A stretch of DNA of 64,000 nucleotides. It comes from Phallusia mammillata (taxonomy: Eukaryota). The position numbers were made by a program, and so were the translations under genes. The stretch covers positions 4,526,001-4,590,000 of the forward strand of contig OZ281495.1 in assembly GCA_965637545.1 (NCBI GenBank). Direction: 5' to 3'. Shown here in pieces: positions 38,875 to 52,658 of the stretch. The notes beneath the pieces were generated by a model. The model searched no databases. It saw nothing but the letters and a program-made list of their open reading frames with translations, and was not told the DNA's origin. Numbering within the stretch: position 1 is the first letter of the stretch; each line of letters opens with the position of its first letter.

Positions 38875-41800
38875 TCAGATGTTTGTTGAATCTGTTAAAT
38901 GAAAACGTTATCTGTAATACTAACAAATACACAAAAGCAGTAACTTACCTTTTGCTACAAGATTCGGTTTCTTCTTTATTGGAGGTTTAGATTTTTTTAT
39001 GCTGGGACCAGCTTCTGTTTTACCTAAAGTTGAACGAACATTTTATTCGCAGTAAGCGTAATGTCATACAAGACTACGAAAACCAGTCTGTGTAACAGGA
39101 TGATTCTGTTTGAGTAATCCAGAAACTGACGATGCCCTAATAGGCGAAATTAATATTTCTGTTTTGTAAATAAACGACGTCACTAATGTTGAAGGTTTTC
39201 CGCCGTATTTTATACACATTTTAAGTGTAACTTGCTTAACCAACATAAACTATGTTTTCTCACCGGTTGGTTTTGCCTTGTTTACTTGAGCATAAACATC
39301 TCCACTGGATGTGGGGCAGCTGCTATATTCTGAAATTTACGTGACGCTGCTTTAAGTGCAAAAAAACAAATTTTATAGCGATAACAAGTAGAGGTTATAA
39401 AGAAAAATTGAAAATTCATATTTTTTACTTAAGTTCGAAAAACATATAGTTTGTACTCAATGCAATGTATGTTACCATTCATACTTGCTTAAAGTATTTG
39501 TTAACTTTTGCAACAGACCTTTCATGGGGAAATCCTGTGGCGTAATTACGTGCAAAGGAATCCCAGTTGGTTGGTGAAAGTTGTACAAGGGATTCAGTTT
39601 TTCGTCTTTTTCAACTAAAAAGCATAATGAAAAGTGTAAAAGTAATTGACAATACAAACATTTAAACTAAAAAAAATGTTGTTAGAACGTAAATAGAGAC
39701 AATTATATTTTTGGATGAACTATTTTACTTTTTGTCTTTTTTGATTTGTCCACTTCAGCATAAACTTCATTTCCTGATGTTGCTGAACGTGATTCGTATA
39801 GTGAATTGACAGGTTCTTCTTTAACTAATCATAACGACAGAATTTACTGTTACGCACTTTAAGTTTTACATTAAACCTAACTATAGTCAATCGTTTCAAA
39901 AAAAGTGTTTTAATCATTAAGATTATTTTTTTTGTAAAAATTTCGTACATATTACAGATGATGCCATCAGGTGTTTTGTTTGACCAATTCGTGCTCAATT
40001 TCGTCCGACCAAACCAGGCTTTTTGAAATAAGTGTTGTGCGGTCCTCTAAGACGCTTTGAATTTAAAAGAAGTGTGATGCGATTTTTGTACAAAGCTAGG
40101 GACAATACTAGTGTTTTGATAAGCAATCAAGTAAAGTTCATTTATTCCAAAAAAAGGTTTCAGTAGTTGCATATTTAACTTGCCTTTCTGCTTTTTCTTG
40201 ATGTCAACTTGTGCGTACGTATCTCCAATCGTCACAGAGCGTTGTGGTGCATCTATTTGTAATCAAACTCAATCAACGGAGCTTGTTTACTTAACAGAAT
40301 AAAGCTTTGACCAACGAAGCACACCGAAAAACTTTTTAACAATTAAGTCCAATGGACCTTAACTCGTAAGTTTAGTCGATGTTGCACAAAAGTTTGTAAG
40401 AACTATAACTTAAGTGCTCGTTGTAAAGTAACTTATATTACAGATTACTTGCTTAATAGTCAACTTACCGTTAACAACTTTGCAATCTGAGCGTGGTGGG
40501 TTTATTCGTTCCTCGTTTTTAGAGCGTTGCACTTGTGTAAAGAACGTGTGTTAATATGCAAGGTATTGCAAAGAAAAAAATATGTCAAAAGTATTTTCTC
40601 TTACCAACAGCGTATGCATCAGTCGCTTCATCTGGGTCGCCACTGGTATCGTAAAGTGGATTGATTCTTTCTTCTTTTACACTACCTAAAACAAAAAAGC
40701 CAAATGAGTTTGGGGCTGGTTTGCTACAAAGAATGAGTATATATGCCATTTATTCGAATTGAATGAGTATCAGCTTATTCATCGTATGGCCCTGCACGTA
40801 AATATTATATTAACGAAGCAAAGCAAATTTGCTTACTAGCTCAAACATAAGTTTCAATTTTTTGTACACTACTTTGCAAATGCCCACCTAAGTCCGTATT
40901 TTCGTGATCAGATTGTCTTTTATCACTACCGGAATTTTCACCTTGGAATGTAAATAAATTTAGAAACAAAGATCAACTGGTACAGTATGTCAAAATAAAC
41001 TTACTGGATTTATTCAAATAATTTCTTCTCAAGAAAAACACCGCCACCAACACAATAACAATAAAAGCAATTGCACCCACTATACTTCCAGCGATTATGG
41101 CTGTTTGATTTCCGTTTCCATAAGGTACGTTGCTTTCCCTGGATATTGCAAACTCAACAACTAGATCATTAAATTCTTCCATTGGTGATTTAATTCTTAA
41201 CTGATATGTTTCTGTTTCAGAGAAAATCTAAAAAATGCAAACTTGCAGATATCTAAATACAGAAAATAACAACACACAGAATTTACCTCTATCATCAATA
41301 AAAATGTTTGCTTTGTGCTGTCCTTATTATCAGTTGTCAGGGAACAATTAAGGCAAAGCACGATACGACCTCAAAAAATGTCAATAAATATAAACCAAGC
41401 GAATTACAAAGAAAATAAAACTTGACTGACCATTATTTGTCAAAGTGTATTGAAACGAAGGTGGATTGGAGGTAAACGTAACAAAGCAATTTCCATTTAC
41501 CACTTCATCTGATTGACAGTTCGCGTTACTACTTATTTCCTGTGGAGAATCTGAAAAGTATTTTCACACAACATTTTTACGGGTCAAAAATTAATTAAAT
41601 AAAAGCAACTCACAAGTCACATTTAAAAAATGTCGACTGGTGTAATTTCCAAAAACATCACTTGTTTTGCAAACATAGTTTCCCAAATCCAATCTGGTCA
41701 AATTAGTCAAAATCAAAACATCATTTAATTTATCTATCACTCTCGTCTTATCAGGAATTTGCCACTGATACTTTGTATCGAGTTCAACAGAATAATTAAC

Positions 41801-44800
41801 GAAGCAAATTAGAGCAACAGTTTCGCCGGCTTTTATGGGTGCCTGGTTTACATCAGGTTCTGCAACTTGCGATGATCCTGCAAAATAGTTTGATGCTTTA
41901 CATGCTAAATCAAAATGAAAGCTACAGTAATTCACACTTACTATCTTTAACAACTGTAACATTAAGTTGTGAAAAGCCGCTGCCAGCAATATTACTTGCA
42001 TTGCATGAAACCAATACTGTATCTGTAAAGATGTGAGACAATACACAAGAATTTCCATATTGAATAAATGCGTCAATTTTAAATTCGCAACTGGGAGGGG
42101 GATTTGCGTCTCTTGAACAGTTTAGTGTAGCTGTCTGTTCACCATCAAGTAAAACACCATATTCATTTACAACTGATGAATTACTTGACGTCACAACAAT
42201 CTTGTCAAGAATTGGGGAATCTAAAAATATTTCCAAAAATAGTGGTTTGCCAAGTAAAATCTTTCATAACAAATAGAAACTGATGTAAGTGGTGTTTTAT
42301 AGAAGCAGTCTTCAGTTTGGTATATATAGTACAAGCTTTGAAAATTACAAGCTTTTTAAAACACTAACAAGCTTTGAAATAATAATAGTCTTTATAACTG
42401 AATTATCAGATAATAGTTTAAACAATTTTTTGTTGTTACATTCCATTGGAAGAATATATTGATTTCACAACGTTTAGTAATGTATTTGTCAAGATGCGCA
42501 AAATATTTGTTTTTATAATAACCGAACGCAAAATATATTATATTAAACTTACACTGCACGTTGAGCAAAGTTTCCGGTGAACGACCAAGTGCGGTATTGT
42601 ATTCCGTGTATGGAGTCACAGCTTGGCATGATACATTGAGATTGTTGTCTTCGCGTGTTGTATTAAAATAGACAGAAATAGCCTGAGGACAACAGTCAAA
42701 CAAGTAATTGGAAACGTTTGTAGAAGTGAACATCGTATAGCAACAATACGTTTGTTATTGAAAAGATAAACTTTGTTTGTGGTCTTTTTTTCGCAAACAA
42801 TGCTTTTATTGATATTTACTTGATGTATAAGTTCCTTTATTATTTTTATTATTTTTATCACAGTAGAGTGCCGATTTAGTTTTGCACAATTCAATGTAAC
42901 TCAACCATATAGTATTTTAAGTTATTTGTTTGCATTTTTTGCAAACCTGGGTTTGTTTGCAGCCAGTCTAGCACTTACTTTTGAAACATTGCGATAAACG
43001 TTTGTTCCTTTATAATAAACTGTATTTAATCCAACTGGGTATTCATCAGTGTACTGGCAATCGAATGTTAATATTTGATTTTCGTTGACCGTAAGTGTAG
43101 TGCTTGAATTTTCGTTGATTAACAGAGTTGGGCATGGCGCTTTAAAAACAAGATTAAATAGTATTCGTCCGTTACGCGTCAATGTTTCAATAAAGCCTAC
43201 CTAACCAACATTCAACTGTACTTTCCGACTCCCATTGGGCAGTTGACAAACATACTGTATTATTGCCAGGGAACGGTGTTAATTTGTTTGCGAACAATCT
43301 TCCATTGTTTAAGCAATTAAATTGTCCTTCTGTGTCGAAATATCCATTCTTAGAACTAACCGACACATTGAAATTGACCACTTTTTTGCATTCTTAAAAA
43401 AAAACGTTAATTTTTACCCCCTCGGTAATTGGTATGATAGTATTGATATGTTTTGTCCGTTTTTCATTTCACTTTGTCTGAACATAAATTATATGGTCTT
43501 AAAGAGATTCATACTTACGATGTGTTTAATTATGATTCATTCAGATTTTATCATTTTTACTGCTTTTTTGTAATGCAGATTGGTGTCGTTTTGTGTTTTC
43601 CTAAAATCAGTGACTTCAGCCAGTCGCATGTGTGTTTGGGAAAGGTTTCACCGCCAAATTTAACCAGCAAAATATTTATGCAAGTTTACGTACAATTTAT
43701 TAGATTGCAACAAGATTACAAGGGTGCTAGCAATTTGCCAGGTGTATGAGAGCAGAACAAATGTTTTCCAGACAGACCTGCAATTTTTGCTTAACATTTG
43801 TGCCCGGAATCAATATTGAGTAGCTTCCTAATTTCCAGAATTTTTGCGTCCAGTGGACTACAGCGCTTTTTAAAGTACACGAAACTGCTGTCACAAGGTG
43901 ATTTAAACAAAGGGGCAAACATCTCATCACGTTATTACTCAATACCAAGAGTTTGGTTTCTTCTGTTTCGGTAAATATGGATGTGTAAAGAGGTTTACGT
44001 GCTTCCCTTGTCTCTGCGATCATACACGGGATATGCAGACCAAACAACTCATCAACATGATTTTATGGCTATTTGGAAAACTTTTCATTGATGCTACGAA
44101 ACCTCATAGGAAGGCCAATCGCCAAAAAAATATGTCCAGTCGAACAGAATTCACCAAAACATATTTTAAAATATTTTTTCTACCTGAAAAGAAACAACTC
44201 TGTGATCATACAAGAAACTTTATCTCTATAGTAGTATTTGCATTTTACAAACAAATAGCGTTTGGGTAGTTCATAGCTATGCTATAAAACACAATATGAC
44301 GCCAATTTAGTTTCGCTTAACGTGTCTTCTGAAACTTTTGACAACTTGGATCACTGAGATACGGTAACCCAACGATACAGTATAAACTTTAATATTATAA
44401 TAAATGCATTGGTATTACTTACCTCGCGTGGTAATATTTTTGTACATTTTCGTTGCATTACCTTCTGCAGCCAGCAACGCTTGTCCAGCTTTTTCTGAAT
44501 CAGCAACTGTTAATGAAATGCTGCTGTTGTTCAAAGAAAAATTTGTAGGTAGAGGAACGCCAAACGTTGTATGAATGCAAGATTCATTCCATTGTAATGT
44601 TCCACGAAATTCTGTGAATTGAAATTTGCCATCATTGTACGATGAATTGCCCTTGTTCCAAGTAAAACTAATGGTGTCATTTATGTTGTTGTTCCAAATT
44701 TCCCATTTCAAGTTAGGCAGACGTTGGCCATCAGAGTAACATTTAGAGTACCAGTACATTGTTCCATTGTACTTTTCCGCCCAGATTGTTTGGTGTGGTT

Positions 44801-45116
44801 GTAGTTTGCTGTCTGTAAACATGTATAAAATATACGATAATTGGCAGCAACAAATGATACATTTTCTAAAATTTAGCGATATTAAGCAACAAAAGTGAAA
44901 ACTCTTTACAAAACGACGCAAACTGCAATAAAATACGGTGTTTAGAAACTTAGTATCAAACGGCCATATCTTAAAAACTTCTCTCAATTTTTAAGTTTCC
45001 AATTAAGACCGGAAAAATGTCAAAAAGTAAATACCATCTGCAGCATCCAGCGTAAACAACCAGAGTAGCACACAAATTTTGTACACCATACTTCCCGAAC
45101 GTGTATGAGCTGCCAT
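38875..45116 (-). CDS. Receptor paralog E, intact (~807 aa): SP - Ig D1 - CCP - four Ig-like domains - uncharged TM - long tyrosine-motif tail
   Basis: 17 exons: 45116-45035, 44812-44423, 43392-43201, 43139-42979, 42682-42553, 42220-41942, 41877-41614, 41550-41431, 41369-41287, 41227-41005, 40685-40605, 40252-40184 (GC donor), 39824-39729, 39614-39519, 39329-39264, 39023-38949, 38891-38875. Exon lengths 192/130/279/264/120/83/223 match D exactly. TM is AIIAGSIVGAIAFIVIVLVAVFFL. The 39519 donor and the last exon are tentative. Confidence 0.85.
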
Positions 45117-47100
45117 GTTTCTGATAGGTTTGTTTTGTCTCTGCGAAGTAGCGTAGCGTTGCCGTTTTTTGTCAATATTTGCCTTAGAGCTATGCAACCC
45201 GGGTCACAGAAATACTTAGGGCGTACAATACGAAGACGGGTCGTTTTTTTATTCAAGCTGCTAACTAAAGTAAAAAAGTGAATAAAACGTAATACTTCTT
45301 TTTCTTTTATGTTTTATTGTAGACAAAAGAAACTCAGAAAATGTTCAGTAAGGGCGTTTTTCTGGTGACATTCACAGTTATACTCAAGCAGTTTGCAACC
45401 AAGGCCCAAATAGGTGAGTTTATGTTTAGTAGGAAAATACAAAGTTGAGTTTGTGTGCCACAAGCTGTTTTCTTAAAAAAGGGTGGTAATATCAGTCGTG
45501 CTTTTTTGGGAGACTTTTATTCAAGGCCGTGTCAATTTTCAGATATGGTTGGGTAATTGATGCTTTATGTTGACGTTGGTATTGATTAAATTATAGTCGC
45601 TTTGTTTCTGTTGCATTAAGTTAGTTTACTTCGTTTTCGCATTTGCAGTTGTTAGTAATATGACATGTAACGTATTACTTCAAAAAGGAGTAAATGTGGT
45701 AAAAAATGTACTTTGTTCTGTAGTTTGTCATAGTTTTGTATTACATGTAACTGTATGCTATAACGCTGTTGCAGAAAGTGCTTTTTAGTGGAAATGCACC
45801 AAAAATGCTGAATCAACTGAATGAGTTATAATGTCATGCAAATAAGTACACTACGCGTTGGACATGAATCTACCGGTCTAACAGTGGTTTTAACACAAAA
45901 AATAGTTGTATTTGTTTAACATTTTCGTTTTGCAGTGTTTAAGATTGCCTTATACATGGTTGTCAGCCTGCCAGTTTGTCTGGAGTGGGAAACGATAATC
46001 TTGGCCGAAACCGAATCTTTGTAAAATTGGCCAAACAGGCCAAACAAATTCGGCACACCTCATATTCGGTACATCTCTACCATTAACAGTAACATGGCAA
46101 ACTAATAGTAAGCGGCTCCAATAAAAGCATAAACAACTTAGCTATCATTTTTGACGCATTACTTATGCGAGTACATATTTTCTGTGATAAAGACGAAACA
46201 GCAAAACTGGACGTGAATTGTGGTCAATAATTCCCAAGGTGGTGGTGCTTCACAGCGACAAAACAAGCTCAATGTTTTCATTTTATTAATCTTGTAATGA
46301 CCTTCATTGCTTGAAATTTGCTATGTTGTGAAAAGTCCGCGATAAAATTTTAGTTTTAAAACCGGTCCGCAGCGTCTAAAACCAAACGGTTGCCCACACC
46401 TGCTTTGAATGAGGTCACTTTCCGGTCAGTCTTAATGACAAGTACGCAACTGTCTGTACACTTTTTTAGTAGGTGATATAAACATTTAACTTACATAATA
46501 AACAGTTAATCAAACCATAATTATAATATTTTTAGTAAATACCCCTCTTTCTCTTGACACAACGACCGGTTGCAAAACTGCAGGAAGCCAAGTTGCGGCC
46601 ACGGTGGGACTGTCTGGGGGATCTTATACCATGTATTGGAAAATTAATACAACGGTATTTTACGACGTGATTAAGTTAAGTTGATAATTGTTGATTCATG
46701 CACGACTTTTACAGACAGTAGCCTCGTGTTTATATCCAGCCAAAACCTGCAATCCGGTTTCTGGATCAATTTTCGAATCAAGAATCAGGGCAAGGTAAGT
46801 TCGTTACATTTCCGTACCTTTTAGTTTTTGAAGCTATCGCTTGGTGCAACCTTTGCAAATTCTTTTCGATTATTGCATTTTTTGTGCACAACATATCTAA
46901 AGACTTTTGCTAATATTTGGTATCTTTAAATGTGTTTTTAACAGTTGATGCAATTGCTCTCCATATTAATTGGACAAACAATCTAAGGTCCTGCTATCGG
47001 TTAAACTTATTTCTTTTTCGCATGTAAACATAAGTACATAGAATAAAATTCTTCAAATGATATTTTATACTGTACTTAAATTAATATTACTTTGGTGAAG

Positions 47101-49883
47101 CTATTCTTCATCAAAATATTACTTGCATCTCAACACTACTGCCACTGATCAGGAGACAACCATTTATGTGTTGGATGCCTTGCGACTACAATTGGCAAAA
47201 AAGTCCTTTACAGTTGAAACCAGTAGGTGTTTTTTCCAACAGTATTTAAATTTGTTTAATACATTTATACGCTAGATTTCTATAATGATTTTTCATGTAA
47301 TGATTTTCAGTCAAAAATAGACCATACGTTCATGTAAAAACATGACTTTGTGACACATCTTATGCCATTCATAAAACAAAAGAATCTAAATCTGTATAAT
47401 ACTGAGAATTATGTACCTAATTACTTCTAAATTTATTTAGACTGTTTCATTTGTTCAAGTGAAGTGAATTGTTCGACATTAACATGTGGCCTTAACTGCA
47501 CAACCCAACTCAATTGCGTTGGAAATTACACTGGTAGTAAAACAGGAGTTTGTCAAGATGATTGTTCTTTTTCAGAAACGGGTACTTGTTGCAAAGGTAA
47601 TCAATAATACATACGGTAGCAAAGACCTGTAAAAGGACACTATTTGACAAGAAGCATTTTCTTGATATTTTTTGTCCACCAGGCTGCTCTTTACCGACAT
47701 CTATTGGTTGTGGCTGTGAACAGGAGTGCAATATTAGTTCAGCCAAGAATTCTTTGCACTGTGGTGAAAGCATCCAAGTGACGTGTACAAACAAGTGCGA
47801 GGCGGGGACTACCGAAGTTCAATGTAGCTCAGAAGGCAACTTGACCGCAAAATTGTGCAATCCAAGTAAGTTTTGATTTTTTCTGGCCAGAAATGCCATT
47901 TTGCCAACTACCGACCAGTTTTGACTTTCGAAAGACTTTTTAGTTGATTTATGTGTCAAAACGTAATTGTCTTTTTTTGTATTTTGATTTCTTTTAACTA
48001 CTTTTACACAGTACAATAAGAGAATAGGGAAGATAAACAGCCTGAATTGCATATAATTGATTGCAAAATACGTCAAACGATACCTTCATCGAAGAACATT
48101 TTATTCCTAACGTGCGTCGAATACTTGACCTACTTTACATTGATATTGATATTTTTGCTTGCTATTCAATTTCGGCAATTTTTCAACACCAATCATGTAA
48201 AAACATAAGCAAACATACCCACCATGCAATGTTGCGTACCAACATAAGGAGTTTTTACAAATAGATCCAGATTTTTAGACATAATCACTCGGGCTATTTT
48301 CAGTAAAATGCTTGGTGCCGGACTCAATAAATTGCGGTTGTCAAGAAGATTGTAGCTTTGCGACATCAAGCGGAGATGAAGTTATTTTGAATACAACTAT
48401 CTCGGTGCCCTGTCCACAAGGTTGCACTGGAACTGCCGTTGCACAATGTGGAGATGATGGAAAGTTTGTGGTTACGCAAACTTGTGCTGACGGTATGGTT
48501 TGGTTGTAGAGCCAAAAAAGCACGACAGCTTCCCAAAACCAACGTTTTGCCCAGTGATTTTTTGTTTTGTTTTTTATAACGGTTTGCATTGGGGTGTGCG
48601 AAAGGTGGTTCACTTCCAATATCATATATATTTTTTTTTATTTGAGAAAAGTTGGTAATATATCTTCATTTTGTTAATTTCTGTTTCGTTTCAGTGGAGT
48701 GTGTAAGGCCTGAGTCAATTTTTTGTGGTTGCGAAAGTGAAGAGTGTAGTTTCCCTGAAGGTGACAACGTTCAATTCGGCCAAACTGTTCAACTTGACTG
48801 TCCTGTCGGTTGCAATGGAACCGCTATAGCACGCTGTTTGACAGATGGAAACTTTGAAACAACGGATTGTCCAGGAGGTAATCATGTTGCATGCAGGGAT
48901 ACGTTAAAAAATATTATGTGTGAAATTTAAAAATATGGTGTAAAAATTTAAATGTATGGTGTACAAAGCAAACGGTATTGGGACTATTGTGGTTGGGAAA
49001 AGGTTAGTTATTAAAAATAACCTATTATAATACATAGTCGTGAATTGTCCCCAAAGCTGCAAATATCTAAGGTCGTTAAGCTTCCAATCAGAATCGAGCA
49101 CATATTTGTAACATCTCGAGTTAGTAACTCTACCCATCGTTTAAGCCAGGCATCAGCAAACAGAATTTAAATGCTACACGGTGTCTTCAGTGAACCATTC
49201 CCATTTATATATTCATGACATATATCTGTGGTCATTTCCATTAACGACCACAAAATCGCATAATGTTTGCACTGATTGAGTATGGGAAAACCATACCCGC
49301 GCCTTTATCACAATATTAAGTCCAAATACTGCAGTTAGAACATGGAAGAAGCAGCAGCTAGTTACGAAGGGACGATATACTAAAACAAATTTGTACCGGC
49401 GGAACATTTTTTTAGACAGCTCAACAATGTGATTCGACCTATAAACGTTACTGCATACAACGTCCAACATTCACAGTTTCACAGTACATTTTATTTTAGC
49501 AACATTACGTAACGCCTGTTTGTACTACTTAATTTTGAGCAACTTCCCGCAATATCACAGTACACAGATTGTTTTTTTTCCAATTTGTTTCACAACAAGG
49601 TAGACTTCTCATTGTTTCAAGTAAATCTATATTGTTTTTTTCCACATTTGTCTTTATTTCTATTGCCACGCAACTTTATTAATGACCTTAAACTTATAAC
49701 GGCAATGTCTTTGAAAAGAGTATAGACAGTGACAGCGGTTTATTTGCTTTTCTTGTTTTAGGGGACGATAAAGGAAAATCTTTGTCTGCCGGAGCAGTAG
49801 CTGGAATAGTAGTTGGATGTGTATTAGGGTGTTGTATGATTGCGGGGGCGATTTATTGTTGCTGCTGTAGAGGAAAAACATAA
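47101..49883 (+). CDS. Gene F: type I membrane protein with four Cys-rich CCP-like modules, TM and a YCCCCRGKT tail; 5' exons (probably from ~46530) unresolved
   Basis: Exons 47101-47222, 47441-47596 (10 Cys), 47683-47865 (9 Cys), 48304-48492 (8 Cys), 48695-48877 (8 Cys) and 49762-49883 (AGAVAGIVVGCVLGCCMIAGAIYCCCCRGKT*). The module exons are symmetric phase 1-1 with GT/AG. Candidate upstream exons at 46715-46794 and 46945-46987 do not join in phase. Confidence 0.75.
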
Positions 49884-52658
49884 CCTTAGCATATGTTTTA
49901 ACGTGTTATTTCATGTAAATATACAAATTTCATGTTTGCATAAATCCAGGAAACGAGTTTCAATTCATTACATTTGTTCATTACATTTCTAATCACTTTT
50001 TGACCAACATTGTGGTCTCAGCAAAAATTCTGAAACAAGTAAACCGTTCTCATGTTTATCTATCATGCGACAACTAAAAGCATTTAATTGTGTTTGTAAG
50101 TTCATATACAAACAAACCTTCACTTTTTTAATGAATAATTTAATTGCCAATTTGCCGAAACGCTGAACAATAATGTAGCTTACCTATGTCGCTTTTGAAA
50201 ACTTGGCTGTTACATTTCTCATTAGTTTATGACCAGATCCTTGTACAATGTTTCAGATATGCATAATTTTATTTTAAATAAACGTCACTGTTAAATTACC
50301 GTGACATTTTTTTATTTTATACAAAAAATTGTTGAGTTTTGTCGTATTTCTTCTTCACCGCTGCCAGTTAAAAATTTTTACGATACATAGCACGGACGTT
50401 TTGTTTTTATGGTTACATAGCCTTAACGATACATAGCACGGAGTATGTATTTATAGCTACATAGCCTTAACTAATAGTAAGTCTAACACGAAACCTGTGG
50501 TGGGGTCACAGTGTGGTGTTATAGATACGCTTGACACGTCGAGTTTTATAAGCAAGTTAATACGATTTAAAATCCACATGTACAGGATAAAAGTAAATAA
50601 AATCTTTGGTAAAAGTGTTGATTTAACGCAGGTTGGTAGGTTTATATAAGACCGGCTTTGATTCAAAAATAAAATAAATATGTAACAAATTGTAAAATTT
50701 CGATTTTATTTTAACCAAAGCTTGATTTCTAATACTGTTGCTGACTCCTTCAAAATAAAGTATGCCTCTGTAACTTTGAACTTAAAGCCCGACAATAAAC
50801 CATCAAACGTAACAACTGCTTTCTTTATAATTGTTGATTACCACAATTATTTATATTCCGATTTGATTTTTTCTCCTATAAAAAAATAAAGACTATATGC
50901 TTCAGATGGTCCATTTATGTAATTTTAATATTTTCCTTCAAAGCCATTAGTAAACCGTATTATTTAATAAAAACGAAAAAAAGGCAAATTATTAAATTAA
51001 AAATTGGATGTTGCTGCGCTACATTGCGTCAAACAACACTGAGACACGAAAATATACACTAAAATATTCACCAAACCAAATTGCTGTCCAATATTCCAAA
51101 AGTGTAATCTAAAACTTTAAAAACTTGCTGTCACTGATAGTCATGCAATGTAAATGGTGGTGGTGTGTATTTACCAACGAATAAACACAACTTTAATAAT
51201 ATGTTCCCTCATTAACATTTATTTGCTGGTGGGTCGCAAGTCCAGAAAACTTTTCCACAGGCGGCGCAACAAAAAAAGTTTGAGAACCACTGATTTAAAT
51301 ATATGTGGCAATGGTTTGCGTTATCACCACGAAACAAACGCTACCACCACCACTTTGCAAGTGAGCAAAATATGTGCAAAGCGTGTAGTTACTGTTATCG
51401 CTGTTTCGTTGCAAACTAAACATGACCCACGAATAGATTTTTGGTGGCAGTTAATGTAACATTTCTAATATTACAAGATGTTATGCCACTGCTGCACTGT
51501 CGTTTTTAAGCGATGCACGTTTGGCACGTTTAAAACAATGTTTTATGTAACTTAACAGGACATAAACTGGACTAACTAACTTGGCTTTTTATTTCACGGA
51601 TGATGGCATGAGCATTTTGCGAAATTTTAATTACTGGACAAACTGTTAAGATTTATGATGACAAAAAGTAGCTCTGGCCATACAGTCTTAAATTATAACC
51701 ATAACTTTGTTAAGCGTAGTAGAAACAATATTGTAATTGTAAACGAATATTTTGCCTGGAATCAAAAACGTGTTAAACCACTGAATTACAGCGATATCTC
51801 CAACATACCTTTGCAATAAACCTGTGCCATTAGGTTTACAAAGTGCAAACACATGTGGTAGTAGATGTTCCCGTGATCGATGTATTTTTATGCTTTATTT
51901 GTTTGCAAACAAACTCGAACTAGCGTTAGAAAGGGTTCCAACAACAACTGTTTGTAGCATTCTACAAGCCAATATTTTGGTATTGTTAATACCTTAATTA
52001 TATTTTATTTATTTTTATTTTGAGCACTTGTTGATGAAAAATTGGTCGCAGAACATAACAAACAGAACACTGTTAAAACCTTAACCTGTGTAGTGTGCAT
52101 TTTTGTGGCAAATCTTAGCCTACATAATATACTTCTGCTAATAGCTGCTCTAAACGGAGCTAAACACCAACTCTGAAACAAAACTAAGTAGAAAGTTGTT
52201 GCATTGCGAGCAAATATTTACGCAGAGGGTGATGATACCCTACGATGTCATCACATCATAGCTCGTTACTTGTAGCGTTTATTGAACGTGCTGTTGCGAG
52301 ACAAAGTGAAAGTAAAGTTAACACAGGCTTCATCTGCGAACGTGGACAAAACCAACACTTAAAAGTTAAAACACATGTTTTTGTCGTTAGTCATGTGACT
52401 CTTTTGTCCGTGCCCTTTTAAAAATAGCTAGTGAATTGAAAAGCTGAGTGTCGTTTAACACTTAATTGTTAGCAAAGTATAGCTGAAAAACTCCTAAAGG
52501 AAAATAGCAACTCCTATTGGCAAACACTAACTTTTCAATGGTAGCAGGTTAAGTCACATCACATGCGTTTGGTTGTTTCGCCTTTCAGTAGGAGTACACC
52601 TACGACTGTTTTAAGACTTTTTTATTTTTAGGCAGTAATATATTCTTCTTTAGACAAA

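Noticed and set aside
39264-40252. Calling the E tail tyrosines canonical ITIM, ITSM or ITAM motifs
   Set aside because: The -2 residue is D/E rather than I/V/L/S/T, and there is no YxxL-x6-8-YxxL pair; reported as non-canonical motifs instead.
49330-49490. Extra gene F exon (C-type-lectin-like QQCDSTYKRYCIQ)
   Set aside because: No acceptor/donor pair gives the required phase 1-1 exon; the resemblance is too short.
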